This document shows, piece by piece, positions 52,101-64,000 of a DNA stretch of 64,000 nt (position 1 is its first letter; each line of letters starts with the position of its first letter). The stretch lies in NCBI RefSeq assembly GCF_009834535.1, contig NC_045712.1:25482001-25546000 (forward strand), read 5' to 3'. This DNA comes from Camelus ferus (taxonomy: Eukaryota). The notes under the pieces were generated by a model that had not been told where the DNA came from, ran no database searches, and saw only the letters and a list, made by a program, of their open reading frames with translations. The translations under genes and the position numbers were made by a program.

Positions 52101-54835
52101 TGGGCCCTGCCTTGAAAGGATAAGCAGAACTCACACCATCACTGCACCCACGAAAGGAGGTCCACTGAGCGGCCTGTGGGGAGACAAAGCTGACCCTTCA
52201 GCTCTCACCCACCATCCCCTCTTCTTGCTGACCTCCCCCCTCCCCCTCCCCCAGCTCACCAGGCACAACTGGCTACACTGCTGATGGGGGACCAGAGATG
52301 GGAACCGCAGGTAGATGATGCGACATTGGTCTGGGCTCAGCCGAGGAGAAGAGACAGCCAGACAGTCATCTGAGAGGAGCTCTGGACCAGACAAAAATGT
52401 GAGCATCACGCAGGCTGTCAGGGCCATTGTGTGTCAGCAAAGCACAGGTAGATGCCAGCACTTACCACATTTCCCCTTGATGAGGTCCACATAGTACAGG
52501 GCTGACCTGGAACCATCAGAGAGACACTCAGCTTCAAGGCCAGTCTGAGCTACAAGGCACCCTTGCTCTGCCCCTTCGATTGTTCTCACCTTCGATTGGT
52601 GCAGAAACGGATGCCCAGCCGGAAGGGCTCATGCCACCAGCCCACGAACACCACACCTGTGTCTCCAGGGGCCCAGAATGCCTGTAAACAAGACCACAGG
52701 GAAGATGTGGATAAGGGGCAGTAGCTCAGGCAGGGCCCTCAGACTCCAGGAGTGATGTGGGCAGAGTCAGCACTAACCTGTCCGGGGGACACACTCTCAG
52801 GGACCCCCTCAAGCACAGAGATGTTGCCACTCTCGACATCCAGCACGCAGAGCACAGGAGTGCTTTTAGAAACCATGTTTTCTCCCCAGTCTTCGTAAAA
52901 CAAGAACTGATCCCCCTGAGAACACAAGACACTCAATGCCCAGCTTGTCTTGCAGGACCCTGCCCTGCCCTGCCCTCTAGAAGCCAGTGCCTCCCTGGTT
53001 CTGATAGACGCAGTGTGCGTAGAAAGCAGACTGAGCCCCAGGCTGCCCTGAAGGGCCTTTGTGGACTTGCCACAGCCACAGCACCTTAATGGCCTGGTCT
53101 GGCTTCTTCAGCCTAGCCATCTCGTCATCGCTGCCACTGATGTCCAAGGCTTTGGTATGAAAGAAGGACTCAGCCTTGGGACGCTTCTTCTCTGCCACGT
53201 ATAGTAAGTGTGTCTCCGAATGCGACCAGGACAAGCAGCCAAAGCAGTCTGGGTGCAAGGAGGGCTGATCAGGGGGAGCCCTGGGTTATGGCTGCCCCTC
53301 CTGTCCACCCTGCCTGCTCACCAGCCGGCTGCCTCACCATCTTCGTAAACTGGCCCATGTTTCTCCAGCGCCAACAGGTTGAAGCTCTTGAGCTTCCGGT
53401 TCTTCTCCCAGACCTGAGGACATCTGGGAGTGAGGTTGCTGTCCTTTTACAGAGCCTCATCTGTGGGACTGAGCCTCAGTTTGCCCACCACCTGGTCCCA
53501 CGCAGACTTACTTCCAAAAACTGCTTCTCCTCCCCTGTGCCTGGGCCTCCAGCCTTGCGCAGCACAGCTTTCATGCTGCCTGAAGGAGATTCTCTGCTCA
53601 GCAGCCTAAGGAGGATATGGGGTAGCAGGTTAGAATTACCTCCCACCCAGTGATAGCCCATCCTGTCCCCTTACTGGCCACAACCTCTTTGACAAGATTC
53701 TTGAGACTCTGGCCCACATCCATCCCTGCACCCCTTCTAGCGCCACCATGGCAGCTGCCTTGCATCCCCTCCCTGAAGCAAGGCCTCTAGTCCTGGCCCA
53801 AGTTTGGAGCAAGCCTTCAGTGTTTATGACCATGTCACCAGAGACTACCTGAGCTCCCAAGGGGCAGGAACCTGGCTCCCAACCTCCCTTCTAGGCCCTA
53901 CTCACACCAAGGCATATGGTGGGCATTTGTAAAAGGCTTGCAGATGGCTGTGGCCTTGCCCACAAGCTTCCTTCCTCAAACTTACTCCCCCCGGGTCTCC
54001 ACACTGTTGCCCGCAGGCCCTGCAAACACCACTGAGTCCCCGTCATGGAACACCAGGTACTGGCGGCAGAATCGGATGTTCTCCATACGTTCCAGGTCCC
54101 TCTGGATCCACTCTGCGAGGAGAGGCACGAGGCTGCTCAACTTGACTAGTCCCAGCACAGGCTGCCCTACCCAATCCCAAGCAGGCCCAGCCCACCTCCC
54201 TCAATCTGTCTTCAGATATTCTGGGGGCAGGATGGGCATCATTTGGCCACAACTCAAGACTAGGCTTGCAGAGCCTGAGCTGACAATATCTTGGAGTGTA
54301 ACCATTACTGCCCCAAGCATCCACTCTAGAACCTTGAGGGTGGATATGGGATAGGATGATGAGGGTGACTCTTACAAAGCCCACACTCTGCACCCATTGG
54401 CACCATCCCATAACACCCCAAAGAGCCCCATATACACCTGTGTGCAAGGATCTCTGGGGGATTCACCCTTCCACTCCTACACTCTACAAGCCCAGTTTCC
54501 TCCACACATCCGTGTGCACTGTCAGGCAGCGAGCCTGCCTTCACACCCTCCTCCTCTCCACTCGAGTGCATGGCCCCGTAAAGAGCCCGCCACCGATTCC
54601 TCTCCATATACACACCAGTGTGCACCGTCCGGTAGTGGCCCCCGTACTGCGTGGTGACCTCCGGGCCCAGGCAGGCGGCGCTCAGCGCGGAATGGCGGCT
54701 AAGGCCCCGGTACAGCGCCGCCGCCTCTTCGGGCTCGTTCAGCAGCACCTGCGCAGGGGACACACGAGGGTCAGGCCCGGCCCGGGCTGCAACGACCACG
54801 GGAACCGCGAGCCGATCCCTCACCTGACGCTCCAT
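46186..54835 (-). CDS. APEH: Acylamino-acid-releasing enzyme (acylpeptide hydrolase, S9 family), 732 aa, 22 exons
   Basis: Exons: 54824-54835, 54616-54748, 53986-54112, 53512-53605, 53338-53413, 53085-53248, 52778-52915, 52590-52681, 52466-52506, 52260-52381, 51666-51726, 50391-50488, 49698-49749, 48837-48925, 48244-48382, 47705-47788, 47540-47620, 47100-47188, 46800-46990, 46590-46692, 46399-46505, 46186-46291. Total 2199 nt. Starts MERQVLL; catalytic triad intact ([18 protein letters not shown]). Confidence 0.97.
49895..50045 (+). mobile_element. MIR fragment in an APEH intron
   Basis: CCTGGGTTCATATCCCAGCTCCGTTACAACTTGCTGAGTGACCCTGGGTAAG...GGATCAAATGAAAT. Confidence 0.55.
50890..51035 (-). 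mobile_element. MIR fragment in an APEH intron
   Basis: CATCCTACAAAGAAGGCAGG...AGAAATGGAAGCTT...CTGTCCAAGGACACACAGCTATTAAGGGGCAGAGCTGAGATTCAGACCAGG. Confidence 0.55.
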
Positions 54836-55450
54836 GTTGGCCCTGGGCGGTCCGGGTGGTATTGCGTGCTGGCGCCCGGAAGTGAGACTCCAGGGGCGGA
54901 GCCGAGAGCGGCCCCGCCTGTCTCCGCCGCGGCCTCGCCGCTTAGTGAGCGGGGCGGGACCTTCGACGAATGGGCGAGGACCTTTAGCAGGGGGCGGGGC
55001 TTCTAGGGGAAGGGGGTGGGGCCTGGGAGGAAGAAGGAGCTGCGGCCTAGAGTCCTGGAGGGAAGGAGCGAGTCCTTTTGGGGCGGACTAGGTCGGTGGG
55101 AGGAGGGCTCTTTGGGCCAAGTCCCATGTCTGTTACTGGGAGCGGCGGGAATGGGATTTCCGAGGAGAAGGGGTTGCGCTGTGGAAACAGAATAAAGGCG
55201 TGGGTCTTTAGGGAGGGGCGAGGCCCGTGAGGAACAACAGGGCCCACGGGGAAGGGGGTGAGGCGGGACGGGGGTGGGTCTTAAGCAATCGGGGGGCGGG
55301 GCCTGAGAGCTCTGCGGACCAAGGGCTCTTCGAGGACTTGAGGCGGGGCGGGGCGGGGCAGGACTGAGTCCAGCGAGGGTAGTAAAATCGAGAGGTGAGG
55401 GGCGGGGCCTGAGAAGCGGGGTGCGAGCAGATGCCATCCCCAGCAGAGAT
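54600..55450 (-). promoter_or_regulatory. APEH: APEH CpG-island promoter with ETS/GABP motif and GC boxes
   Basis: CpG-rich. CCGGAAGTG at 54876-54884 and several GGGGCGGGG boxes. Confidence 0.7.
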
Positions 55451-57249
55451 CTCCCGCAGCCCGGAGGCTGACTGTCGGTCCTTCTGGTCCATTACAAGGC
55501 AAACATTCACCAGATGGTTCCAGGCCCTGCTCTGGAGGGGCTCTCAGGCCAACGAGAAAAGAAGGGCGGAGGTGCGCTCCCGGCCGAGCGCGCGGAGCTC
55601 TGGGGTGTGGGGCAAAGAAGGACGGTGCCAAGTTCACAGGGGTGTTGCCTGGTTTTATCGGCCACCAGGCCTACCCCAGAAGCTATCTGTTCCTGCAGCC
55701 ATCACCCGCCCCGCTCAGTGGCACCTTGCTGGGATCGTGAGCAAAAGGGCCTCTGCCTCCCCAGGCCTCAGCCCAAGCTCTTGGGGGCAGAGGGCTTGGT
55801 GGGGTCAGGCTCCACCCAGAACCAGAGAGCTTCCTGTGGAAAGAAAAACCTGGGCAGGCAGGCTCCCTGGGCACAGTTGCACTGGACTGGGTGGGTTATG
55901 TTGCCAGAAGAGGGCAGGAGAGACTGGGCAGCTATCAGGCCAGCATTGATGTCCCATCCTCCGTATACCCTGAGACTGGCTGGTCTTCCATACCTCAGGG
56001 CCCTGACTCCATATGCCCTGCCTGGCCTTTGAGTGAGATCCTGCTTGACTGGCCTGAGGCTTCCCCTTCCCCATGAACCACATCGGGCTAGTTAAGTAAA
56101 CAGTTTCCACTTTCTGAGGCCACTTGCATTTGTGAGTGTCTAGTGTGTGCAGGACTGTTAAGGCCAGAACTGGGAGCAGAAAGAGTGGCCCGAGCCACCA
56201 ATCTGGGTGGAAAGTGGGAAACTAGGATATTCCTCACAGCGTTCTTTACCACAGGAAACTGGGAACATGGTGCCTGTCCTTCAGGGCACGTGCAGTAGAC
56301 TGGCTGTAAACTCATGGTGCACCTCTCTGGAGGCTGGGCATTGGAGTATGAACATCTAAGTCCTGCATGAACATGTAGAAACAAACAGGAGGCTAGAAAG
56401 CAGAAGATACTGTACCTTCTGGCTTCTGTTTAAAATGAAAAAGAAAAACACAAATAGGAAGGACATGCATCAAGGTATTAATTCGGGGGAAGGCCAGAGA
56501 TGAGGCTGATCCTCTTTTCATTTACCTGTGTCTTTCAAATTTCTAGCAACTCTGGGTTACTTTGCTAAGGAGGCTCTCCGGTCTTGGGGAAGAGCTAAGA
56601 CCTAGTAGCTCCCCAGAGTTTGGGGGTTGGAGGGCACACAGCAAGGCAGATAGGTGTAGGGCTTGTTGGCAACACCAGGGGGCAGCACCCGCTCACCTCC
56701 TTCCCGGGACCAGGCCCCAGAAAGCTGTGCAGCCTGGCCACCCACAGGCGGAGGAGACACCATATCTCAACAGTCCTGGCAGCGAGCTAACTGCTCCCTC
56801 CTGGTCCAAATGTTGGACCTGTCCTGGGGCACTTTGTGGAGGGGCCCATTGTCTTTGGACAGATTGGTGTGAACTCAGCCAGGGCCTTGCCAGTTCTTCT
56901 GCACCTTTGCCTTTTCCCTAACTGTGAAGAGACAGGATTGTCACAGCTTGGGGATTTGTTCCTCTGGCTAAGCCTTCCCGTTTCAGAAACNNNNNNNNNN
57001 NNNNNNNNNNNNNNNNNNNNNNNNNNNNNNNNNNNNNNNNNNNNNNNNNNNNNNNNNNNNNNNNNNNNNNNNNNNNNNNNNNNNNNNNNNNNNNNNNNNN
57101 NNNNNNNNNNNNNNNNNNNNNNNNNNNNNNNNNNNNNNNNNNNNNNNNNNNNNNNNNNNNNNNNNNNNNNNNNNNNNNNNNNNNNNNNNNNNNNNNNNNN
57201 NNNNNNNNNNNNNNNNNNNNNNNNNNNNNNNNNNNNNNNNNNNNNNNNA

Positions 57250-60200
57250 AGAAGGGAGTCAGGGAAGGAGTGAGGGGAAAGCAAAAACAAGACATGGAAG
57301 CTAGCAGAGGAAAGGCGTTGGGCAGCCACCACTCTCCAGGGCACTGCACTTAGAGAGAAGGAGCTGATTTGATCCCAGAGGCCAAATGAGGCAGACGTGC
57401 GCACACACACGCGCGCACACACACACACTCACACACTTGTTCACATGCATACACACACAATAGCTCACAATTTCCATGGCTCTCCAGTGCCACCCCAGTG
57501 CACATGGCAGCAGGGCTGCTGCTACCCAGGGAGACAGAAATGATATCTCTGAGGAGTTTCAGTTCATCAGGCCTGTCCCCCTGACCCTGTTGGAGTCCAT
57601 GATGATGCATATTTACAGAATGGGGGTTGGGAGCATGATGGCAGGGGAGGGGCAGACAGGCCAGGACCCTGCTGCCATGGCAAAGGATCTGCCTGGAAAA
57701 CTCCCCACAGGCTCCAGAAGACAGGCCATAGTTGCTGCCACTGCTGCCCTCTCATCATAGGCCCTGAGACCACACTCTCTTCCCAAGGACTAAGTGGATG
57801 GTGGGGAAGGGAGGTGTCACTGTGAAGTGGATACACTGGGCCCTGAAGTGGACAGAGGAGGCAGTGCCCTTGCTCATGACACTGGGGGTGGGGAGCTGTG
57901 GAGAAGGTCTGTAGTGCATCCTAGAGACCGCCTTGCCCACGTAGAGATGTGCTCAATGCTCCCCACTGCCCAAGGCACCAAATCCTAGTCCCTCAGCCTC
58001 TGGCCCCAGAGCCACAGCTGTATCTACACAAGGGCCAGGACACCTGCAGCCCAGAGGCCTGCTCCAGCCACCTTCACAAGGGGTGATGGGTACAGATGTG
58101 TCCTGTGGGTACACTGCAGGGTAGGGAGTGGCAGATGTCAGAAATTTCAAAATCAGAGAGCTTGGCCAGAAAGGAGATTTGCTGGAAAGTCAACATTTGA
58201 GGCTGACCTGTTGTCATCTCCCTGCCTGTTCCCTGCTCCTGGCCCCATCCCTTGGCCTTTTGTGGGAAGGATCACTGCCTTGGTCCCCAACGTATCCAGC
58301 CACTAGGCACATCTCCATACAGACTGAGCCCTGGGTGGTCCGAGGTGCTGGATGGTGGACTCCCTCAGCCCTTACACAGATGGCCTCAACCAGCCCAAGC
58401 CTGATCTCTGGGATGAGGCAGGTGTCCCATGGGATGGGTGAAGCCCAAATCCCAAAGGACAGGGTCTTGAGCCCAACACAGGGGTTGACAGCCTCCTATC
58501 TTATCCACGACTACCAGAGGTGGGCCAGAATCTCTCTGAAGGGTGTGTAGACCTTACAGGAAAGCATGAGAAACATGGACCCCTGAGAACTGCATGGTAC
58601 AGACCAGAGCACTCTGGAGGAAGGCCAGGCCTGGAGGAGTCAGGCAGCTGCCACCTGCTGCCCTCTTGGCTCAGCTGTAGAGAAGCTAATGAGCAATGGG
58701 ATACTTAGGCTTCAGAGATGGGGGCTGGCAGGGAGTTTGGGTCTTGGGGACAGATGCAGAGTGTCACAACAGAACCTTCTGTATGTTTTGTTATTGAGAA
58801 GCTTCCCAAGAAACTCAGCTTGAGCCACTGTCTATGTGAACACTCACTCCAGTCCAAGATGATACTGTCAGCTGTCCTCACCAGAAATGCCAAAGGTCCA
58901 ACTCTTCCTGAGCACTCCCTGACCCTCTGGCCCCAGCCTAGATCTCCTGGATCACAGACCTTTGAGCCTCCCAGCCAGAGAGGAGAGGCAGGGAGCAAGT
59001 GCAGTCAGGAGCTGGGGTCCCAGGACACAGCCAGGCTCTGCCCGTGGCCTCTGTCTCTCTGACTACAGATGCAGCCCAGCTCTGCCCTTGAGCAGTGCCT
59101 CGCTAGGAAGGGGTGGCCAGATGTCTCTGGCTCAGGGCTTGTGTAAGAGGGGGAAAGACTTACAGATGGAAATCCTACAGCAAACCTTCTGAATGTTCAT
59201 GCACACACATCCTGTGCAGGCTCCCAACAGCATGTCTACTCCAGAGACATCTTGATCAGAGAAACCGGCAGGGTGTGTGGTGCCTTGCACTGCCTGGCCT
59301 ATGGCCTGGCATGCTCGGGCAGCAATTTCAGTGGGTCCTCACTAGCTCGTGCAAAAGTCAGCTAGAAGAACTCCTGAAGGAAAGGTTCTGAGACAAAAAG
59401 AACTCCAAGCANNNNNNNNNNNNNNNNNNNNNNNNNNNNNNNNNNNNNNNNNNNNNNNNNNNNNNNNNNNNNNNNNNNNNNNNNNNNNNNNNNNNNNNNN
59501 NNNNNNNNNNNNNNNNNNNNNNNNNNNNNNNNNNNNNNNNNNNNNNNNNNNNNNNNNNNNNNNNNNNAGGGGCAGGGTGGGTGGGGGGGGTGAGGGGTTT
59601 GATATGAGCATATCTATCCAGTTTCTCAATTGCAGGTTTGCAATTAACTCCTTATACATAACATGGAATTTATTAAATATTAACAGTTGTCTTTGAGGGT
59701 TTATATTTCATTGCATAGAACGTTAGAGATGAGACTTGCGGCTGTGCCCAAGATGAAGGGAGGTCCCCAAGGGAAGGGCCTTGGGAAGGACCACCACCCA
59801 GTCCACCGGGTGGATGGATGGTGCCACACTCCCCAACGCAGGGCTCTGGGCCCTTCCGTCGGCTGGCAGAAGCCCTAGCCCCTCTGCTCTGAGCACGTCC
59901 ACTGGTGATGGCTTAAGAAGGACTGGAGTTGCACGGTAAACAGAGGCGGGCTGAGGGGCCTNNNNNNNNNNNNNNNNNNNNNNNNNNNNNNNNNNNNNNN
60001 NNNNNNNNNNNNNNNNNNNNNNNNNNNNNNNNNNNNNNNNNNNNNNNNNNNNNNNNNNNNNNNNNNNNNNNNNNNNNNNNNNNNNNNNNNNNNNNNNNNN
60101 NNNNNNNNNAGCTGAGCCGAGAGAGAGAAGAGAGTAAAGNNNNNNNNNNNNNNNNNNNNNNNNNNNNNNNNNNNNNNNNNNNNNNNNNNNNNNNNNNNNN

Positions 60201-60996
60201 NNNNNNNNNNNNNNNNNNNNNNNNNNNNNNNNNNNNNNNNNNNNNNNNNNNNNNNNNNNNNNNNNNNNNNNNNNNNNNNNNNNNNNNNNNNNNNNNNNNN
60301 NNNATGGCTTTGAAGATGGTGGCAGGTGTGCTAGCACGCGGCCACCCATGGGCTGGGAGAAGCCTCAGCCGGCGTCCACACTGCTTTTCGGTGCTATGGC
60401 CTCTTATTTCAGCGATGAGACAGTGTTAGGTCCTAATGTTTTAAAGTTCTCCCAAAACCACGCTAGTCACACAGAAGTCTGCTCCGGTGTCACCCAGAGG
60501 GCAGGGTGAGGGGAGCAGGGCCCTGTGGCCACAGAGGGATCCGGGCCAGCTGGAATGTGAAGGAAATGGAGCCTGGGGCCCCCAGCCCTCAGTCAAAGCC
60601 CCTCTCCAAGGCTGTGGAAAAACTTCTGGCATTGTGGAGGGAGGGCGGCGTCCATCAGAAACAGGCAGCGTGCGCCCAAACTCTGCGTATAACGCATTAG
60701 AAGCCTGGCTGGCCAGGCTGCAGAGAGGCGGCTGTGGAAAGAACAGCAAGACCGCCAAGTGGCAGGGTTTCCCGAGACGGTTCCTCCCTCCCAGCGACGG
60801 CTATGCCTTGAAGGCGGCCCCCTGAGGAGAGCAGGGTCTCTGGAAAGACACTCCCAGGTGGTCCCGGGCCAGTGGTCCCACTTCTCCAGCAGATGCTTCA
60901 CCCCGGCAGCTGCTGTTAGAAAACATCCCGTCCTCAACTGAAGCCCACCTGCCACGTCCCACCTGGTGTGAGTCTTTGGGCCAAGGGTTTGCCAGA
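57250..60996 (-). other. BSN: Probable non-coding last exon (3' UTR) of BSN
   Basis: Strong minus-strand acceptor (about 45-nt pyrimidine tract + CTACAG) at 60997. The 3' end is uncertain: a minus-strand AATAAA lies at 59669-59674, and the distal end may fall in the gap 56991-57248. Confidence 0.55.
57396..57460. repeat. Compound (CA)/(CG) purine-pyrimidine microsatellite
   Basis: GTGCGCACACACACGCGCGCACACACACACACTCACACAC...CATACACACACA. Confidence 0.75.
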
Positions 60997-61689
60997 CTGT
61001 AGATGCTTGGAGGAGGACAGGAGGGAGGGGGAAGGAAAGAGGAAAGGCAGAAGGATTTTGTCAAGAACTGTGGAAGCTACTTCCCACTCATGCTCCTCCC
61101 AGCTGTCTGCCCCGTGCTGACAGCCTAGCGCCTCCACACCCACAGGATCCCACCCGACTGAGGCATGGGGAGATGGGTGCTTGGGCAGGTTTGAGGTCAC
61201 AAAGAGAAAGTCAGGAAGAAAGAAGAATCAGGCTGGCCAGGAAGGGCCATTTCTTTAATACATGATGCTTTTTGTTTCTCTTAAAAATGAGGGAGATAGA
61301 ATTTTGTTTAAAATGGCAAGCCCCTCCCAACCCACTTCTGAAATTTCCACAAAAGACACCAGGAGATGGACACTCACAGAAGCAATGACCGCTTGGCCCA
61401 ATCATCAGCCAAATGCCAGAACTCGAGGGAGATTCTTTTAACTACAAAGTTAGTGGTCTCCATGGCCCGCACACATCATGTGGCAGGACACGGAACAAAG
61501 CCACACCAGGGGTTCCTTTCCCTCCCCAGTGACAGAGCCCTGGCCCTAAACCCAAGGTGGGTCCTGCCATGGACCTGGCCCATGGGCTGCCCCTCCTTCC
61601 CCTCCCTTCAACACTATTTCTAATTTCACATCTGTTCCAGGGCGGCTCAGAGGAAACATCTGGCTGAGTGGGAAAGCGGCAGGGAGCCC

Positions 61690-62225
61690 ACTGTCGTGGG
61701 GTGAGAGAAGGAAGAATGCTGGGGTGCTGCACTGTGGCTACTGTAATTAGAATAAATTCTGGGCTCTTTACCTTCGCCTACAAAGCCCAACCCAGCTGGC
61801 TCACGCCCCCTCTGACTTCACCCCTGACCGTACCTCCCCTCCTCTGTGGCTCTGGCTCTGCTGGCCTTTTGTCTGTCCCTGAGGCCTACCTGTGTCATCA
61901 GAGCCTCTGCTGGTGCTGTTCCCTTCCGTGGGCACCTCCCGCAGCAGCCTCTTCTCCTCCCTTGAGCCTTACCTGGTATTGACCACTTTCTTTAGAGTAG
62001 ACCCCTCCACCATAATCCTGCTTCCCTGCCTTCAGAACACTTATCACCTTCAGAAATTACCTTGTAAAGTAATTCTTTTTAACTTATTTGCTCTCTGCCT
62101 CTCTTAATGGACTGTCAGCTTCAGAGGGCAGGGACTTGGTCTTGTTCTCTGCTATATCCCCAGCACCTGGAACAGGGCTCAGCACCCACCTAGAGCCTGA
62201 CAAACATTTGCTGAATAAATGGATA
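61690..62225 (+). mobile_element. L2 3' region in the BSN 3' UTR intron
   Basis: CTGTCAGCTTCAGAGGGCAGGGACTTGGTCTTGTTCTCTGCTATATCCCCAGCACCTGGAACAGGGCTCAGCAC...AAACATTTGCTGAATAAATGGA, the classic L2a terminus. Confidence 0.7.
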
Positions 62226-63621
62226 GAAAACTGGGCCTTTCCAGCACCCTCACTGGTCCTGCAGAGACAGGTGGCCCTCTTGACACTATACCCAACTCCT
62301 TCCCACAAGCAGGCCTGGCCTGAGCAAGGACCCCTGCTGGCCCCAGCGCTCCCTGGTGATTTGCCTGCTGAGCACTGGGCCCTACCACACACATGCCTGT
62401 CCGCCATGAGAAACACCCAAACCTCCATAGTCTTAGTCCTAGAAATGGCAAAGAAGGGGCAGGAGGATGGCCCCAAGGCTATGGAATGGGAAGATGTGGT
62501 ACCTGGCTGTGTGCAGAGCAGTGCTAGTAACCAGGCTCTCCTCCCTGCCATCCTGGATGATGCACCACTTCCTCCTTCACCCACAGAGGCAGGGCCAGGG
62601 CCAGAGAAGGCTCTAGGCAGAGGCTTCTGATCCTGCCTTGGCCACTGCAGCCCAGACAGAGTCACCCTGACGCTCTTCCACTCTCTCCCTGGGCTGACCT
62701 GGTCTGGATCCTCCTGTCCAAGTGCCTCCCTGTCCTCTTTGTCCCTTTCCTGTCTGCCTCTCCAGTCATTCTGCTTTTCTTTCTTGCTGGTCTTGAGTCA
62801 ATAGTATCTTGACTTCACACCAAGGGCTGCTAAGCTCGGCAGGGTTTGGGGGTTCTGGCTTCATTTGAATGTCTGGAGCAAAGCTACTATACCAGGCCTC
62901 AGGGATGAGGCTTTGAATCAGTTCTTGGCATACAGACCCCTAGTTGGGTGTGGCTGGCTTTTTTGGGCCCTTCCCCAAGGTTACTACTGGAGTCACCTCA
63001 GCCAGCTGAGTTGTCTCTGCCTCCCAAGTGGCTGCTGGGCCCATCCCAGCTGCAGGAAGCCCAACAGGCCCCTCCTCGTTGTAGGAACTGGGTGGGTTTG
63101 GTCAGCCAGGCCAGGTCCCACCCCCACCCTGGTCCTGATACTTACTGTTATACGCAGAGTCCAGAGCTGCGCCCAGGCCTCTGACTCCAGAGATTTTTCC
63201 ACAGCAATAATATCATCTCCCTTCATTTCTTCAAGAGCCTGTGGAGTATTTACAGTGGAGGGCTGGAAGGAGCTGCATCATAGGGGGCCCCACCTATAAC
63301 CCAATGTCAACTCATAGCTATAAGAGCTCTGTGGGGGCTGAGGGTGGTGGAGAAGGACAAGGGATCATTGGCCCTGGCTTCCCTTTGCTAGGGATCTCTA
63401 CTGAGTTGGCCCCATAATGGGGCCTCTGTGCACAGTGTCTCTCCTTTTCCTCCTCCTTCTCCCACACTCATAGGAAGGACACTGCAGCTCTGGCCACATC
63501 ATCCACTGCTGAAGACTACAGTCCTCCCAGAAGACCCCGCAGGGCCCCCACAGGAGCGCCTCATGCCTTTCCCAGGGGGAAAGTGGGTACAGGCAGTTCA
63601 TACTCACCCTGCAGGGCATGG

Positions 63622-64000
63622 TCACCAGAAGGAGGAGAATTTTTTGCCAAAAGCAGACACAGCTGTGAAATAGAAAAGAGAGAGAAGCAACAGGAAATTG
63701 GGCTAGACTCCTTCCTAATCACGGCCATTTGGCACAGTGAAGCCAAGCTCAGCTGGAGGGGCAGGGACCACCCAGAGAACGACTAGGCAGCAGCAGGTGG
63801 GCCCTTGGGCTGGCCCGTGCCTGGGTGGCGGGGCCCGGAACCATTCCCCAGACCTGACCCCTGCCAGAGTAGGGCCCTGGAGCAGCCGTGCACCATGGCC
63901 CTGGCTGTAGGCAGTGCATACCTTCCGTCAGCTTGCCGGCCTGCTCTGCTGCCCCACCAGGGAGGATTTTGGAGAGCACGCTCTCCCCATCGGCTCCAGG
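63622..64000 (-). CDS. BSN: Bassoon presynaptic cytomatrix protein, last two coding exons
   Basis: Exon 63922-64000 reads PGADGESVLSKILPGGAAEQAGKLTE. Exon 63608-63662 reads AVSAFGKKFSSFW* (TGA 63622-63624), the recognisable Bassoon C-terminus. Confidence 0.92.

Noticed and set aside
54356-55006. 216-aa plus-strand ORF antisense to APEH exons 1-2
   Set aside because: Lies in a GC-rich CpG island where stops are scarce. No recognisable domain; low-complexity composition.
56787-60429. Long ORFs containing X runs (e.g. 56787-57428, 59723-60349)
   Set aside because: Artefacts of translating through N gaps.
62860-62890. Alternative minus-strand acceptor (TTTGCTCCAG) for the BSN last exon
   Set aside because: Much weaker pyrimidine tract than the acceptor at 60997, and the intervening region holds an L2 typical of intronic sequence.

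Overview
Mammalian genomic DNA, not prokaryotic. A tRNA-derived SINE and a young L1 3' end suggest a camelid. The window is syntenic with the gene-dense human 3p21.31 block, shown here in reverse orientation. Order: 3' part of IP6K1 (+), complete GMPPB (+), complete RNF123 (-) with single-exon AMIGO3 (+) nested in its intron 35, MST1 (+; exon 1 mostly hidden in an N gap), complete APEH (-), and the 3' end of BSN (-). I traced all exons by hand. Their lengths sum to open frames of the expected size: GMPPB 360 aa, RNF123 1318 aa, APEH 732 aa, AMIGO3 508 aa, and MST1 711 aa if the hidden exon 1 is 52 nt. I found no evidence for a new gene or an undescribed system. The most notable structure is three minor-spliceosome (U12-type) introns within about 30 kb: one AT-AC and one GT-AG in RNF123, and one GT-AG in IP6K1. 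Also notable are the GMPPB/AMIGO3/RNF123 sense-antisense overlap, a 151-bp near-perfect intronic duplication, and a polyadenylated LTR-like insertion. Comparisons with human proteins are from memory and need alignment to confirm.
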